Shown here in pieces: positions 10,601-18,529 of a DNA stretch of 64,000 nucleotides. This DNA is from Candidatus Sulfotelmatobacter sp. Lineage in GTDB: Bacteria; Acidobacteriota; Terriglobia; Terriglobales; Acidobacteriaceae. The stretch is taken from assembly GCA_036376495.1 (NCBI GenBank), contig DASVAE010000021.1:3845-67844 (forward strand), given 5' to 3'. The position numbers were made by a program, and so were the translations under genes. Under the pieces are notes generated by a model. It had not been told where the DNA came from. It did not search any database and was given only the letters and a program-made list of their open reading frames with translations. How positions within the stretch are numbered: the first letter of the stretch is position 1; each line of letters opens with the position of its first letter.

Positions 10601-11244
10601 CGATTGATATTGGAAATCCGCTGCATGCGCACGGTTTCCTCGGCGGCGTCACTAGCGGCTGGCAGATCTCGGGTATCACCCAGGTCCAAAGTGGCGCAAA
10701 CATCACTTACAGTGGTGGCTACAACGCGAGTACCAATTACAACATGAACTTGAACGGCGCGATCTTCCCGGGAACTGCAAATGGCATAGTTGGAGACCCG
10801 TTAGAAAAGGGAATTCCGTATAACAACCAGTCCATCTTGGGGACGAACGCTGTGCAGCTGAATCCCATCGTCACCTGCAATCCCACATCCCATTTGGGAG
10901 AGCATCAGTACGTGAACGGCGATTGCTTTGCAGCTCCAACTACGGTTGGCCAGAACGGCCCGACCTTGTTACCGGTGGCATACGGACCCGCGTACTTTAA
11001 CTCCGACCTGGCTCTGTTCAAGAATTTCAGAATGTCGGAATCGAAGAATCTGCAATTCCGCATTCAGAGCTATAACTTCCTAAACCACCCGTTGTGGTCG
11101 TTCCCCAACAGCACCAATCTAACGCTGCAGTTCCAACAGGACCCGAACACGGGACAAATGACTCAGACCAATACGAACTTCGGCAAGACCACCGAAAAGC
11201 AAGGCGCTCGCGTGGTCGAGTTTGTCGTCAGGTTCATCTTCTAG
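7609..11244 (+). CDS. TonB-dependent outer-membrane receptor with carboxypeptidase-regulatory-like domain (about 1211 aa)
   Basis: The ORF track starts at TTG 7594. ATG 7609 has GGAGA upstream and gives a signal peptide (MLKTLKLAAGVACLITLLVGVNLWGQG). Further motifs are GTLTGVVTDPSQSVVPGAKI...VGTYSL and the C-terminal ARVVEFVVRFIF. Confidence 0.85.
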   Translation: MLKTLKLAAGVACLITLLVGVNLWGQGIFGTLTGVVTDPSQSVVPGAKITLTDTASGSTRDTVSNAEGYYSFASVPVGTYSLSVEAANFESFKAQDVRLGGGERRNVNVTLKVGSTSETVEVNAEMNSIATLDSGEKSFALTTKELENFAQVGSNAAEYIKIVPGFGITNGTQNKSNYNGQTIGINANGDSGSQSPLNAAYSYNGLPVNVLDITADGAHVSDPGCNCDTPVNPNSEFLQEFKVLTSNFSAENQKGPILITSVSKAGGQTFHGSAFFSARNHVLNANDWLLNHTQTQQPANSYYYPGGTFGGPVIIPGTNFNKSRQKLFFWTGFEYFRQTLDTGLLRATVPTPGELAGDFSPAEINKEGLPITASGNPPYQLTSQAIAAFGGTTIPACTGTPNGACIDPNMLALAKLYPAPNRVPDASNQYNYVQSQIFAQNNRQWAVRGDWNVSASTKVFVRYNYQREIQQFPVGLWWRNGDQVPYPSPIQGRNKSDSWTGTVTHVFSPTMTNETIVTYSFIGFPNVFANPTKVDRSQVGYGYTGLFNNGVKQIPSFGNSGEAALVFNPGGFEAGGNSQGLYANKYMPNVSDTLAKVYRNHTLKVGFFWEWIRNAQPANNNTNGNLSVNHNNVYSWGNEYADLLTGNLSAYQETNFNRINDINYSTYEFFGQDSWKATRKLTLDFGVRFTHFTPWIDGKNFGYSIFNPSQYQPGCADAPTFCGFEWHSKNSSVPLGGFPTRKLFYQPRLGAAYDMFGTGKTVLRGGWGRFYYHSGQFTNGLDASAGVATANISPTTWVGGPGCPTNPVGGSPLFAAYLSCLNVAATPAGPSAVDSRDDKQPYTDSWSFTVAQRTPWQGLLEVGYVGNRSRDLPSSGGFGSNLNLVPVGAMLGAVNPGNADPKFYRPLNNPITGEGYGDLNQATNNLYADYKAMQVTWGRHLGRYTIQANYTLQKAMGILSANANGQPNGSASINPFNLQSNYGVQPTDRRHLFNIAYSIDIGNPLHAHGFLGGVTSGWQISGITQVQSGANITYSGGYNASTNYNMNLNGAIFPGTANGIVGDPLEKGIPYNNQSILGTNAVQLNPIVTCNPTSHLGEHQYVNGDCFAAPTTVGQNGPTLLPVAYGPAYFNSDLALFKNFRMSESKNLQFRIQSYNFLNHPLWSFPNSTNLTLQFQQDPNTGQMTQTNTNFGKTTEKQGARVVEFVVRFIF

Positions 11245-11266
11245 AACGAGAATCTGCTTTGAACTT

Positions 11267-11299
11267 GAATGGGATGGCTCCGGCCATCCCATTCTTTTT
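11267..11299 (+). terminator. Rho-independent terminator after the receptor gene
   Basis: A perfect 12-bp stem GAATGGGATGGC/GCCATCCCATTC with loop TCCG is followed by TTTTT. Confidence 0.8.
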
Positions 11300-11330
11300 G
11301 CTGTAAACTTGTGAACACGGCCCCCGCTGT

Positions 11331-12467
11331 ATGCATAGATTCTCTCTCCTACTGCTGCTGATATTCGGCACGCTGCTTCGCGCACAATCTCCTCAGACTT
11401 CCCCGCAGCAACTTGTCCAAGATGCAATGCAGAAGCAGCAGGCGGGCGATCTTGAGGGTGCCGTCAAAGAATATCGTCAGTTCCTGAAGACTCACCCTGA
11501 GGCCACGCCCATCCATTCCAATCTAGGTGCGGCTTTGGCTGGTCTGGGACGCTACGAAGAGGCGGTGCCGGAATACAAAGCTGCGCTCAAGCAGTCGCCC
11601 AGCTTTACGCAGGCCCGTCTGAATCTGGCGATTGCCTTTTACAAGATGGGACGCATCAGCGACGCAGCCACCCAACTCGTGCGAGTACACGCCGAAGATG
11701 CCGCGAATCACCAGGCCGTGCTGTTGTTAGGCGACTGCTACCTGCGCATGGGCCAAAACAAAGACGTCATTCATTTATTGCAGCCCGAGCAGAAGAAGTC
11801 TCCCGACGATCTCGCCATTGCTTACATGCTCGGAACCGCGCTCCTCCGAGACAAGCAGCGAGACGAAGGGGCGGCGGTGATCGACCGTATCCTGCGCAAC
11901 GGTGACTCGGCGGAATCCCATCTCCTCCTGGGAATGACCAAGTTCGAGGCGATGGAGTACCCCGCTGCCATTGCGGATCTCACCAAAGCCGCAGAGATTA
12001 ATCCGCATCTGCCGGACGTGTATTCCTACCTGGGTCAGGCGCAAATGGCCAGCGGCGACATGAAGGCGGCCCGCGACGCCTTCGAGAAGGAACTCGCCGT
12101 AAATCCCAACGATTTTGAGTCCAACGTCCGCCTCGCCGTCCTCCTGAAGCAGGATGGCAACTATGAACGCGCACACCAGTTGCTCGACCGTGCCTTGCTG
12201 GTTCGTCCCAAGGATCCGGGCGCGCTTTATCAGGTCGGGGCGACCTACCTTGCGGCGGGAGACCTGAATCCAGCTCTTCGCTCGTTGGAGGCTTTAGTCA
12301 AGCAGTATCCGGAATTCCTTGAGCCGCACGTTTCCCTCGCGCAGGTCTACTACCGGTTGCGGCGAAAAGAAGAAGGGGACCGCGAACGCGAGATCGTGCA
12401 AAAGCTCAAGGCCGAGCAGGACGCACAACAGTCGAAAGCGAAAGGGGAAGCTCAGACCAGACCGTAA
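11331..12467 (+). CDS. Secreted tetratricopeptide-repeat (TPR) protein
   Basis: There is a signal peptide (MHRFSLLLLLIFGTLLRAQ). Repeated about 34-aa units carry the A..Y..AL...P motif (e.g. AVPEYKAALKQSPSF, ARDAFEKELAVNPND). Confidence 0.8.
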   Translation: MHRFSLLLLLIFGTLLRAQSPQTSPQQLVQDAMQKQQAGDLEGAVKEYRQFLKTHPEATPIHSNLGAALAGLGRYEEAVPEYKAALKQSPSFTQARLNLAIAFYKMGRISDAATQLVRVHAEDAANHQAVLLLGDCYLRMGQNKDVIHLLQPEQKKSPDDLAIAYMLGTALLRDKQRDEGAAVIDRILRNGDSAESHLLLGMTKFEAMEYPAAIADLTKAAEINPHLPDVYSYLGQAQMASGDMKAARDAFEKELAVNPNDFESNVRLAVLLKQDGNYERAHQLLDRALLVRPKDPGALYQVGATYLAAGDLNPALRSLEALVKQYPEFLEPHVSLAQVYYRLRRKEEGDREREIVQKLKAEQDAQQSKAKGEAQTRP

Positions 12468-12531
12468 TCCGACTTGCCCGTGTCATCCCCAGTGCGGTTG
12501 AGGGGAGCTTTCGCCTGCCCTACCCCACGGG

Positions 12532-14211
12532 CTATTGCGGTGGCTCATCTATGTTTAATATCTGATCGGCGGAGATGTCCTTCAGGATCTGGCGAATTCC
12601 GCTTGGCCAACGAATCTCGATCGAGGCGACCTTCCCTTCCTGCCCGAGCCCGAAGTGAACCCGTTTGTCGCTCGAGGACATGAAACCGACGCTAACCGAA
12701 ACATGGTTATACAGCACGCGCCCCGAGGCGGTGGTCAGCTTGACCTTCGCTCCGATCGCATCCCGCGCGCTCTTATGCCCGATCAGGTTGAGCATGAGCC
12801 AGTGATTGCCGCTATCAGCCGTATTCATCAGGATTCTGGGTGCGGCATTCAGAGACGTAACCACAATGTCGAGAGCCCCATCATTGTTGAGGTCTCCAAA
12901 TGCTGAGCCTCGTTGATACCCTTTGCGCAAAAAATCCTTGCCCAGCTCCGACGACACGTCAATAAAAGTCTTCCCGTCGACATTCTCAAACATCGTGTCA
13001 TGCTCAGGCGATGATTCGTTCACCTGGTCGACATCGCCATTGGCCGAGTAAATGTCTTTCCACCCATCGTTGTTGTAATCGATAAATCCGTTACTCCATC
13101 CCGAGTGAGGCACGCTCATTGATTGAATCTTCGAGGAGTAAGCGTAATTAAATAACTGGCCATTGTTCTTGAGCAGTTGCCAAACTTGCTGGCGAAGATT
13201 GTTGTAGAAGATATCTACTCTGCCGTCGTTGTCAAAGTCCTTCGCGTCCGAGCCCATCGAAGATCCAGTGCGGGCATTCTCGTCATAGCCAACTCCCATT
13301 TCGAGCCCTCGTTCCTCGAACTTCCCGTTCTTCATGTTGATGAACAGTGAATTGGGTTCTGTATCGTTGGCGATGAATACATCTGGCCAGCCATCGTCGT
13401 TGAAATCCGCAATCGAAATCCCCATCCCTTTGCCTGGAGATTTCGCCAATCCGGACTTTTCCGTCACATCCTCGAACTTGCCGTGGCCCAGATTGTGATA
13501 AAGGCGATGAGGCACGCTCTTATATCGTCTGGGATCGCAGTAATACTCCTGGCTTCCCATTGTGCAGCGCAGGTCAGTCTGAGGGGTCCAGTACGTATAG
13601 TTCGAGACAATCAGGTCGAGCAGGCCGTCGTTGTCATAATCAAACCAGGCGGCAGCGACGCTGAGCGTCTCGGGCGGCTTCGTTCCGATTCCGGAGATCT
13701 TAGTGACGTCGGTAAACGTTCCGTTGCCGTTATTGTGATACAGAGTATTGCGTCCCGCCGCGCACAGGAACAGATCTTCGTAGCCGTCGTTATCATAGTC
13801 ACCGACGGCAACCCCGAAGTTGAAACCCAGGAATTCACCCGACAACCCCGCTTTGGCCGTAACATCTTTAAAGGTCCCGTCGGCATTTTGCTGCAGCAGG
13901 CAGTTGTAGTAGGAGGGAGTGCTCTTTTTCATTTCTGGCAATTGCGCGCCGTTGGTGAAGAAAATATCCATCCGGCCATCGTTGTCGAAATCGAAAACCG
14001 CTACTCCGCCACACATAGGCTGCGGAAAATACTTGTGCCCGCCCGGGCTGTTATCGCTGGTATAGCTAATTTTCGAACGCGGTGCTACGTCTACAAAGCC
14101 AGGGCGCTTGCCTGTGGGGGCGGACCCTGAGGCCAACAGAAATAGGCAAGCAACCGCCAGGCAAAGCCCGGAGGCGAGCCTTGGCCAGATGCTAGACTGA
14201 ATGTTGGGCAT
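12532..14211 (-). CDS. CRTAC1-family protein (FG-GAP/VCBS repeats plus C-terminal ASPIC/UnbV domain)
   Basis: There is a signal peptide. Motifs include repeated DxDNDGxxD (FDFDNDGRMD, DYDNDGYED, DYDNDGLLD), LYHNNGNGTFTDVT, and the C-terminal RVHFGLG...IEIRWPSG..Q.L. Confidence 0.85.
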   Translation of the reverse strand: MPNIQSSIWPRLASGLCLAVACLFLLASGSAPTGKRPGFVDVAPRSKISYTSDNSPGGHKYFPQPMCGGVAVFDFDNDGRMDIFFTNGAQLPEMKKSTPSYYNCLLQQNADGTFKDVTAKAGLSGEFLGFNFGVAVGDYDNDGYEDLFLCAAGRNTLYHNNGNGTFTDVTKISGIGTKPPETLSVAAAWFDYDNDGLLDLIVSNYTYWTPQTDLRCTMGSQEYYCDPRRYKSVPHRLYHNLGHGKFEDVTEKSGLAKSPGKGMGISIADFNDDGWPDVFIANDTEPNSLFINMKNGKFEERGLEMGVGYDENARTGSSMGSDAKDFDNDGRVDIFYNNLRQQVWQLLKNNGQLFNYAYSSKIQSMSVPHSGWSNGFIDYNNDGWKDIYSANGDVDQVNESSPEHDTMFENVDGKTFIDVSSELGKDFLRKGYQRGSAFGDLNNDGALDIVVTSLNAAPRILMNTADSGNHWLMLNLIGHKSARDAIGAKVKLTTASGRVLYNHVSVSVGFMSSSDKRVHFGLGQEGKVASIEIRWPSGIRQILKDISADQILNIDEPPQ

Positions 14212-15883
14212 GAAGTTCTATTCCCGCATTCTATCTGGAATTCTGCTCGGGACGGGCCTTCTCCTCGCCGGCTCAACGGGCGGCCCAATCATCTTCGAAG
14301 AAATCGCTCATCGTTCCGGCCTGACTTTCTCGAGCGACAGCAGCCCCACTCCAAACAAGAACCAGCCCGAAACCATGGTAGCCGGCGTGGGCCTACTGGA
14401 CTACGACAACGACGGCTACCTGGATGTTTATCTTGTAAACGGCGCCGCGATTCCGTCGCTTCAAAAAGAAACGCCGAAGTACTGGAATCGCTTGTATCAC
14501 AACAACCACGACGGAACATTTACTGATGTGACCGAAAAGGCAGGTGTCGCTGGCATCGGCTATGGAATGGGTGTGGCGGTCGGAGACTATGACAACGACG
14601 GTTGGCCCGACATGTACGTCGTAAATGTGGGGAAGAATCAACTGCTTCACAACAACGGAAACGGCACTTTCACTGACGTTACCGATAAAGCCAGCGTTGG
14701 CGGCGGCCTTCTCGACGGCAAGAAGATGTGGTCCGTCTCCGCCGCCTGGGTCGACTACAACAATGATGGCTTGCTTGACCTCTTCGTCTCGAACTACTGC
14801 AAGTGGGAGGTCAATAAAGACCCTTATTGCGGACCGACTCCCACCCTCCGCGCCTATTGTCACCCCAATAATTACGCGAACCTCCCGAATAGTTTGTACC
14901 GAAACAATGGCGACGGAACTTTCACCGACGTCTCCGCAGAAACCGGAATCGCCAAGTACCTCGGCAAGGGAATGGGAGTGGCCATCGCCGACTACGACCA
15001 TGACGGGTTCATCGATATTTTTGTAGCCAATGACAACCATCCTAACTTCCTCTTTCATAATATCCGCGGCAACCGGTTCGAAGAGGTTGCGCTGGAATCC
15101 GGTGTGGCCTATGCCCAGAGCGGCAGTGCGCTATCCGGCATGGGGGTAGATTTCAAAGACGTGGATAATGATGGACGCCCCGACCTCTGGCACACTGCCG
15201 TCGAGAACGAATCGTTCCCCTTGTTTCATAACGCGGGTGGAGGGCAGTTCGTCGAGCAAACACTGCCCGCACAGTTGGCAGTGACTCGCACCATGTCGGG
15301 CTGGGGCAACGGAATTGTCGATTTCGACAATGACGGATGGAAGGATCTGTTCGTTGCCCGAAGCAATGTTCTCGATAACATCGCCCAATTCTCCAATCGC
15401 AAATACGAAGAACCTAACTCAGTTCTGCGCAATCTGGGAAATGGCAAGTTCCAGGATGTCAGCAGCCAGGCGGGCGCCGACTTCCAAGTCGCGGCTCCGC
15501 ATCGTGGAGTCGCTTTTGGAGACATCGATAACGATGGACAAATCGATGCCATGGTTAGCGTCCTTAACGGACCATTGCAGTATTTCCACAATATTTCGAA
15601 GAACAGCAATCACTGGATCACCCTGACCCTTGTCGGAAAAAAGAGCAATCGAATGGGGCTTGGAGCGCAGGTACGCGTCACAGCGGAGGACGGCAAGGTC
15701 CAATATAACGAGGCCACGACTGCGGTGGGATACGCTTCTTCAAGCGACTCTCGGGTCCACTTCGGTCTGGGTGGCTCACGAGTGGTCCGCAAAATCGAGA
15801 TAACATGGCCCAGTGGCACAAGGCAGCTACTGCTGGACCTGCCCGCGGATCGGATTCTGAACATCGAGGAAAAAGTCCAGTGA
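14201..15883 (+). CDS. CRTAC1-family protein (FG-GAP/VCBS repeats plus ASPIC/UnbV domain), paralog of 12532..14211
   Basis: It has the same motif set (DYDNDGYLD, DYDNDGWPD, LLHNNGNGTFTDVT, RVHFGLG...IEITWPSG). An alternative ATG at 14210 is possible. Confidence 0.85.
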   Translation: MLGMKFYSRILSGILLGTGLLLAGSTGGPIIFEEIAHRSGLTFSSDSSPTPNKNQPETMVAGVGLLDYDNDGYLDVYLVNGAAIPSLQKETPKYWNRLYHNNHDGTFTDVTEKAGVAGIGYGMGVAVGDYDNDGWPDMYVVNVGKNQLLHNNGNGTFTDVTDKASVGGGLLDGKKMWSVSAAWVDYNNDGLLDLFVSNYCKWEVNKDPYCGPTPTLRAYCHPNNYANLPNSLYRNNGDGTFTDVSAETGIAKYLGKGMGVAIADYDHDGFIDIFVANDNHPNFLFHNIRGNRFEEVALESGVAYAQSGSALSGMGVDFKDVDNDGRPDLWHTAVENESFPLFHNAGGGQFVEQTLPAQLAVTRTMSGWGNGIVDFDNDGWKDLFVARSNVLDNIAQFSNRKYEEPNSVLRNLGNGKFQDVSSQAGADFQVAAPHRGVAFGDIDNDGQIDAMVSVLNGPLQYFHNISKNSNHWITLTLVGKKSNRMGLGAQVRVTAEDGKVQYNEATTAVGYASSSDSRVHFGLGGSRVVRKIEITWPSGTRQLLLDLPADRILNIEEKVQ

Positions 15884-16353
15884 GCATCTGGAGGTCATTC
15901 AGGTCCATCTTGCTCTTCGCGAATTTCTGACCGACGCCACTGGTGCGGTAGTCCTAGGCGCGACCGTTGTGCTCACCGATCAGATCCCCTGAAGCCAGCA
16001 TCGGCGAAGATTTGTCCTAACGCTTTGTGAAGCTCGCAGCCGGTTTTCGGCGGAACAAGAAGCAGAGGCTCAGATTCGAGGGGCTTGTAATTCTCCACTA
16101 GGACAGCCCAAATCGGCTGCACGGTCTGCATGGGAGTGCATGGAACAGAAGCCATCGCGAGAAGCATTGGCTCTGCATGGTTCTCTCCTGACCTATCCTT
16201 CGCCCTGCAGGTGGGTGCGTTCAAGGTATATGCAAAGCTTATCGCCCCGACCATCTCTTGCTTTCCAACCCAGTAGTTTGTTGGGGTTTCCTTTCCGCTC
16301 TGCCCTCGTGAGTTCGTTGCGATAGAACCGGTGCCGGATCCAGATCGTGGACG

Positions 16354-17652
16354 CTAAGCCGCGACCGTTACATCTCCCGCCGCAACCTGTGGCTCCTGAA
16401 CATCAGATCTCAGCAACGGCCAACCGCGCCGCAGTGCGTATTCAAGCCAAACCCCGGCGAACTGGGAAGTGATTACCGCAACCAGGACAAGGGTCGTGTA
16501 GAACTCAGCATTGATGATGCCCGCGTCGAAAGCGACACTTGCTAAGACGATCCCCGGCCCTCCACGGGCATTCGTCGTCAATGCCAGGTTAATGAGGTCA
16601 AGCCCATGGAAGCCCGCGAGCCTACCAGCAAGGGCGACCGACAACAGCTTAATCGCGCATGTTCCAACAAGAAATAGAATCAGCATCCGCCAGGAGAACG
16701 CGCGTACCAAGTCGAGCTTGAATCCAACGATGGCGAAGTAGATTGGTATGAAGAAAGCGAATGAGACCTTTCCGATCGCATCCAGTGCATCAGCGAACAG
16801 GCGCCGTTTCTTATGGACAACGGCAAAGCCCGCCAGGAAGGCTGCGAAAACAAGATTCACCTTGAAGACTCCAGCGAGAACGCAATATGCCAATAGGACT
16901 GCGAGGGTATATGAGACGGGAGCCTGCCGAGCGAGCACATTGAACTTCGATTTGTTGATTCGCTTGACTGCTCTCGGCAGAAGCGTGAGACCCACGGCAA
17001 AGAAAGCGACGGTGGAGATCAGATGGTAAGCGATCTGGCGAGGCACTAACACTGCCGTTCCGGCTGCGGCAGTTGCGACGGCCAAAGCAGCCCAAAGCAC
17101 GATGTCTTCCAGCACCGCGACCCCCAACACCAGCCGGGCAAAGCGAGTGTGGAGAATCTTGAGGTCTGCGAAAATTTTGGAAATAACCGGAACCGATGTG
17201 ACCGCCACCGAAACGGCCAAAATTATTACTAATGACAGTTTGTTCCCTTTGGGCCCGGCAATAGCCGTACTTACCAAGAGCGGTCCACATGTCAGCCCAA
17301 TCGCGAACGGAATGCCGGTTCCCACAATCGCTAGCCAGCCCACCTCTCGCCTCTCCTCGCGACTGAACAACTGCTTCGTTTCCGCACCGGAAAGGAACAT
17401 CAATAGAAGCAACCCCATCCAATAAACGAAATCGAGGAGAGGCGCATGGTGCTTGGACAACTCAGGTAGAGACACTGAGGTGACATGCAACCTGCCCAGC
17501 AAGGCTGGCCCCAAGACAACTCCAGCAAGAATCTCACCTACGACTTTCGGCTGGCCAATCTTCACGAACCAATGCCCCAGCAACTGAGCGAGAGAAACCA
17601 GGAGCAACAGGAGCAGAAGAATTGTAGTCAGGTCAGAATTGGACACGGGCAA
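16354..17652 (-). CDS. Cation:proton antiporter (CPA1/CPA2, Na+/H+ exchanger family) membrane protein
   Basis: The protein is about 12 hydrophobic segments. The N-terminus (LLLLLLVSLAQLLGHWFVKIGQPKVVGEILAGVVLGPALLG) is typical of Kef/NapA-type exchangers. No C-terminal RCK domain is present. Confidence 0.8.
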   Translation of the reverse strand: MPVSNSDLTTILLLLLLLVSLAQLLGHWFVKIGQPKVVGEILAGVVLGPALLGRLHVTSVSLPELSKHHAPLLDFVYWMGLLLLMFLSGAETKQLFSREERREVGWLAIVGTGIPFAIGLTCGPLLVSTAIAGPKGNKLSLVIILAVSVAVTSVPVISKIFADLKILHTRFARLVLGVAVLEDIVLWAALAVATAAAGTAVLVPRQIAYHLISTVAFFAVGLTLLPRAVKRINKSKFNVLARQAPVSYTLAVLLAYCVLAGVFKVNLVFAAFLAGFAVVHKKRRLFADALDAIGKVSFAFFIPIYFAIVGFKLDLVRAFSWRMLILFLVGTCAIKLLSVALAGRLAGFHGLDLINLALTTNARGGPGIVLASVAFDAGIINAEFYTTLVLVAVITSQFAGVWLEYALRRGWPLLRSDVQEPQVAAGDVTVAA

Positions 17653-17761
17653 TAGATGCAGCCGGGCGGCCGCACGTTGTGTTCAAGTTGCACGCGTTTG
17701 CTCGTCAAGCAAGCACGGCAAAAGGGAAAGACATCACACGGTGGAATAAAGCCGTCCATCC

Positions 17762-18403
17762 TTACTCTTGCATTTCATGAGCAACAGGACGCGCGCCCCG
17801 CAAAACCATTTCGCAAAGATGATCTACGAACTCGGGCGTCAACGGATCGTGTTGGATGAGAAATCTCATGTAGACGGGACCGTAAAGGGAATCCAGCAGG
17901 AGATCCCGATCGATCCCGCGGCGCAACTCCCCGCGCGCTATGGCCCGATCCACGGTAGCATAGGCCTCTTCCCGGCGAGGCATCATAAAGCGCTCTCGAA
18001 AAGCTGTGAGCACGTTTCCTTCGCTTTGCCCGGCAGCCAGGATGGCTGCCACGATGCGGCCTCTTCGGCTGCGGAATACTCTGATCAGTTGACGCATCTG
18101 CTGGCTGAGGTCGGTATAGATGGACCCGGTGTCGGGAAAGTGGAGCTTGCTGACCGTGCTGCTGGCGAACGCGTCCGCGACCAGCGCGGCCTTATCCGGC
18201 CACCAGCGGTAAACGGTGGCTTTGCCGACTTGCGCCCGCTCCGCCACCTCTTCAATCGTGAAATCGGAGAAGCCCGTCTTGGCCAGAACCTTGAGACTGG
18301 AGCTCAGAATTGCGAGTCGCGCTTCCTCGCTGCGCGGGCGTCCCGGAGGACGCTTGCCATTCCCATTCACGCGATTCCGGTGGATGGACGGCCTTTTGCG
18401 CAT
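17762..18403 (-). CDS. TetR/AcrR-family transcriptional repressor
   Basis: The N-terminal HTH is ILSSSLKVLAKTGFSDFTIEEVAERAQVGKATVYRWWPDKAALV. It is divergent from the RND operon. Confidence 0.85.
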   Translation of the reverse strand: MRKRPSIHRNRVNGNGKRPPGRPRSEEARLAILSSSLKVLAKTGFSDFTIEEVAERAQVGKATVYRWWPDKAALVADAFASSTVSKLHFPDTGSIYTDLSQQMRQLIRVFRSRRGRIVAAILAAGQSEGNVLTAFRERFMMPRREEAYATVDRAIARGELRRGIDRDLLLDSLYGPVYMRFLIQHDPLTPEFVDHLCEMVLRGARPVAHEMQE

Positions 18404-18462
18404 GCTGCTACGCTACCATATAATCAACCGCAGTCATTTAGAATCCGATACGCGGAGTATCG
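18396..18462 (+). promoter_or_regulatory. Putative sigma70-type promoter (TTGCGC-N17-TATAAT) and inverted-repeat operator for the RND operon
   Basis: TTGCGC lies at 18396-18401 and a perfect TATAAT at 18419-18424. The inverted repeat CGATAC-N5-GTATCG lies at 18446-18462, between tetR and the pump gene. Confidence 0.4.
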
Positions 18463-18529
18463 AATCTAAGTTTTTTTGGGGGCAGGCTTGGGGTGGTGTC
18501 TCGGCTCGAGTTGGGAGTAATCGTAATTC

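Noticed and set aside
15973-16353. Frame staying open for about 127 codons after the antiporter stop codon (possible readthrough or split C-terminal domain), including the 93-aa ORF 15973..16254
   Set aside because: The downstream peptide shows no RCK/KTN or other domain motif and no good RBS. Open frames of this length are common at this GC content.
17768-18469. 233-aa plus-strand ORF covering the TetR gene
   Set aside because: It is antisense to a regulator with a clear TetR HTH, and the ORF itself has no recognisable motif.
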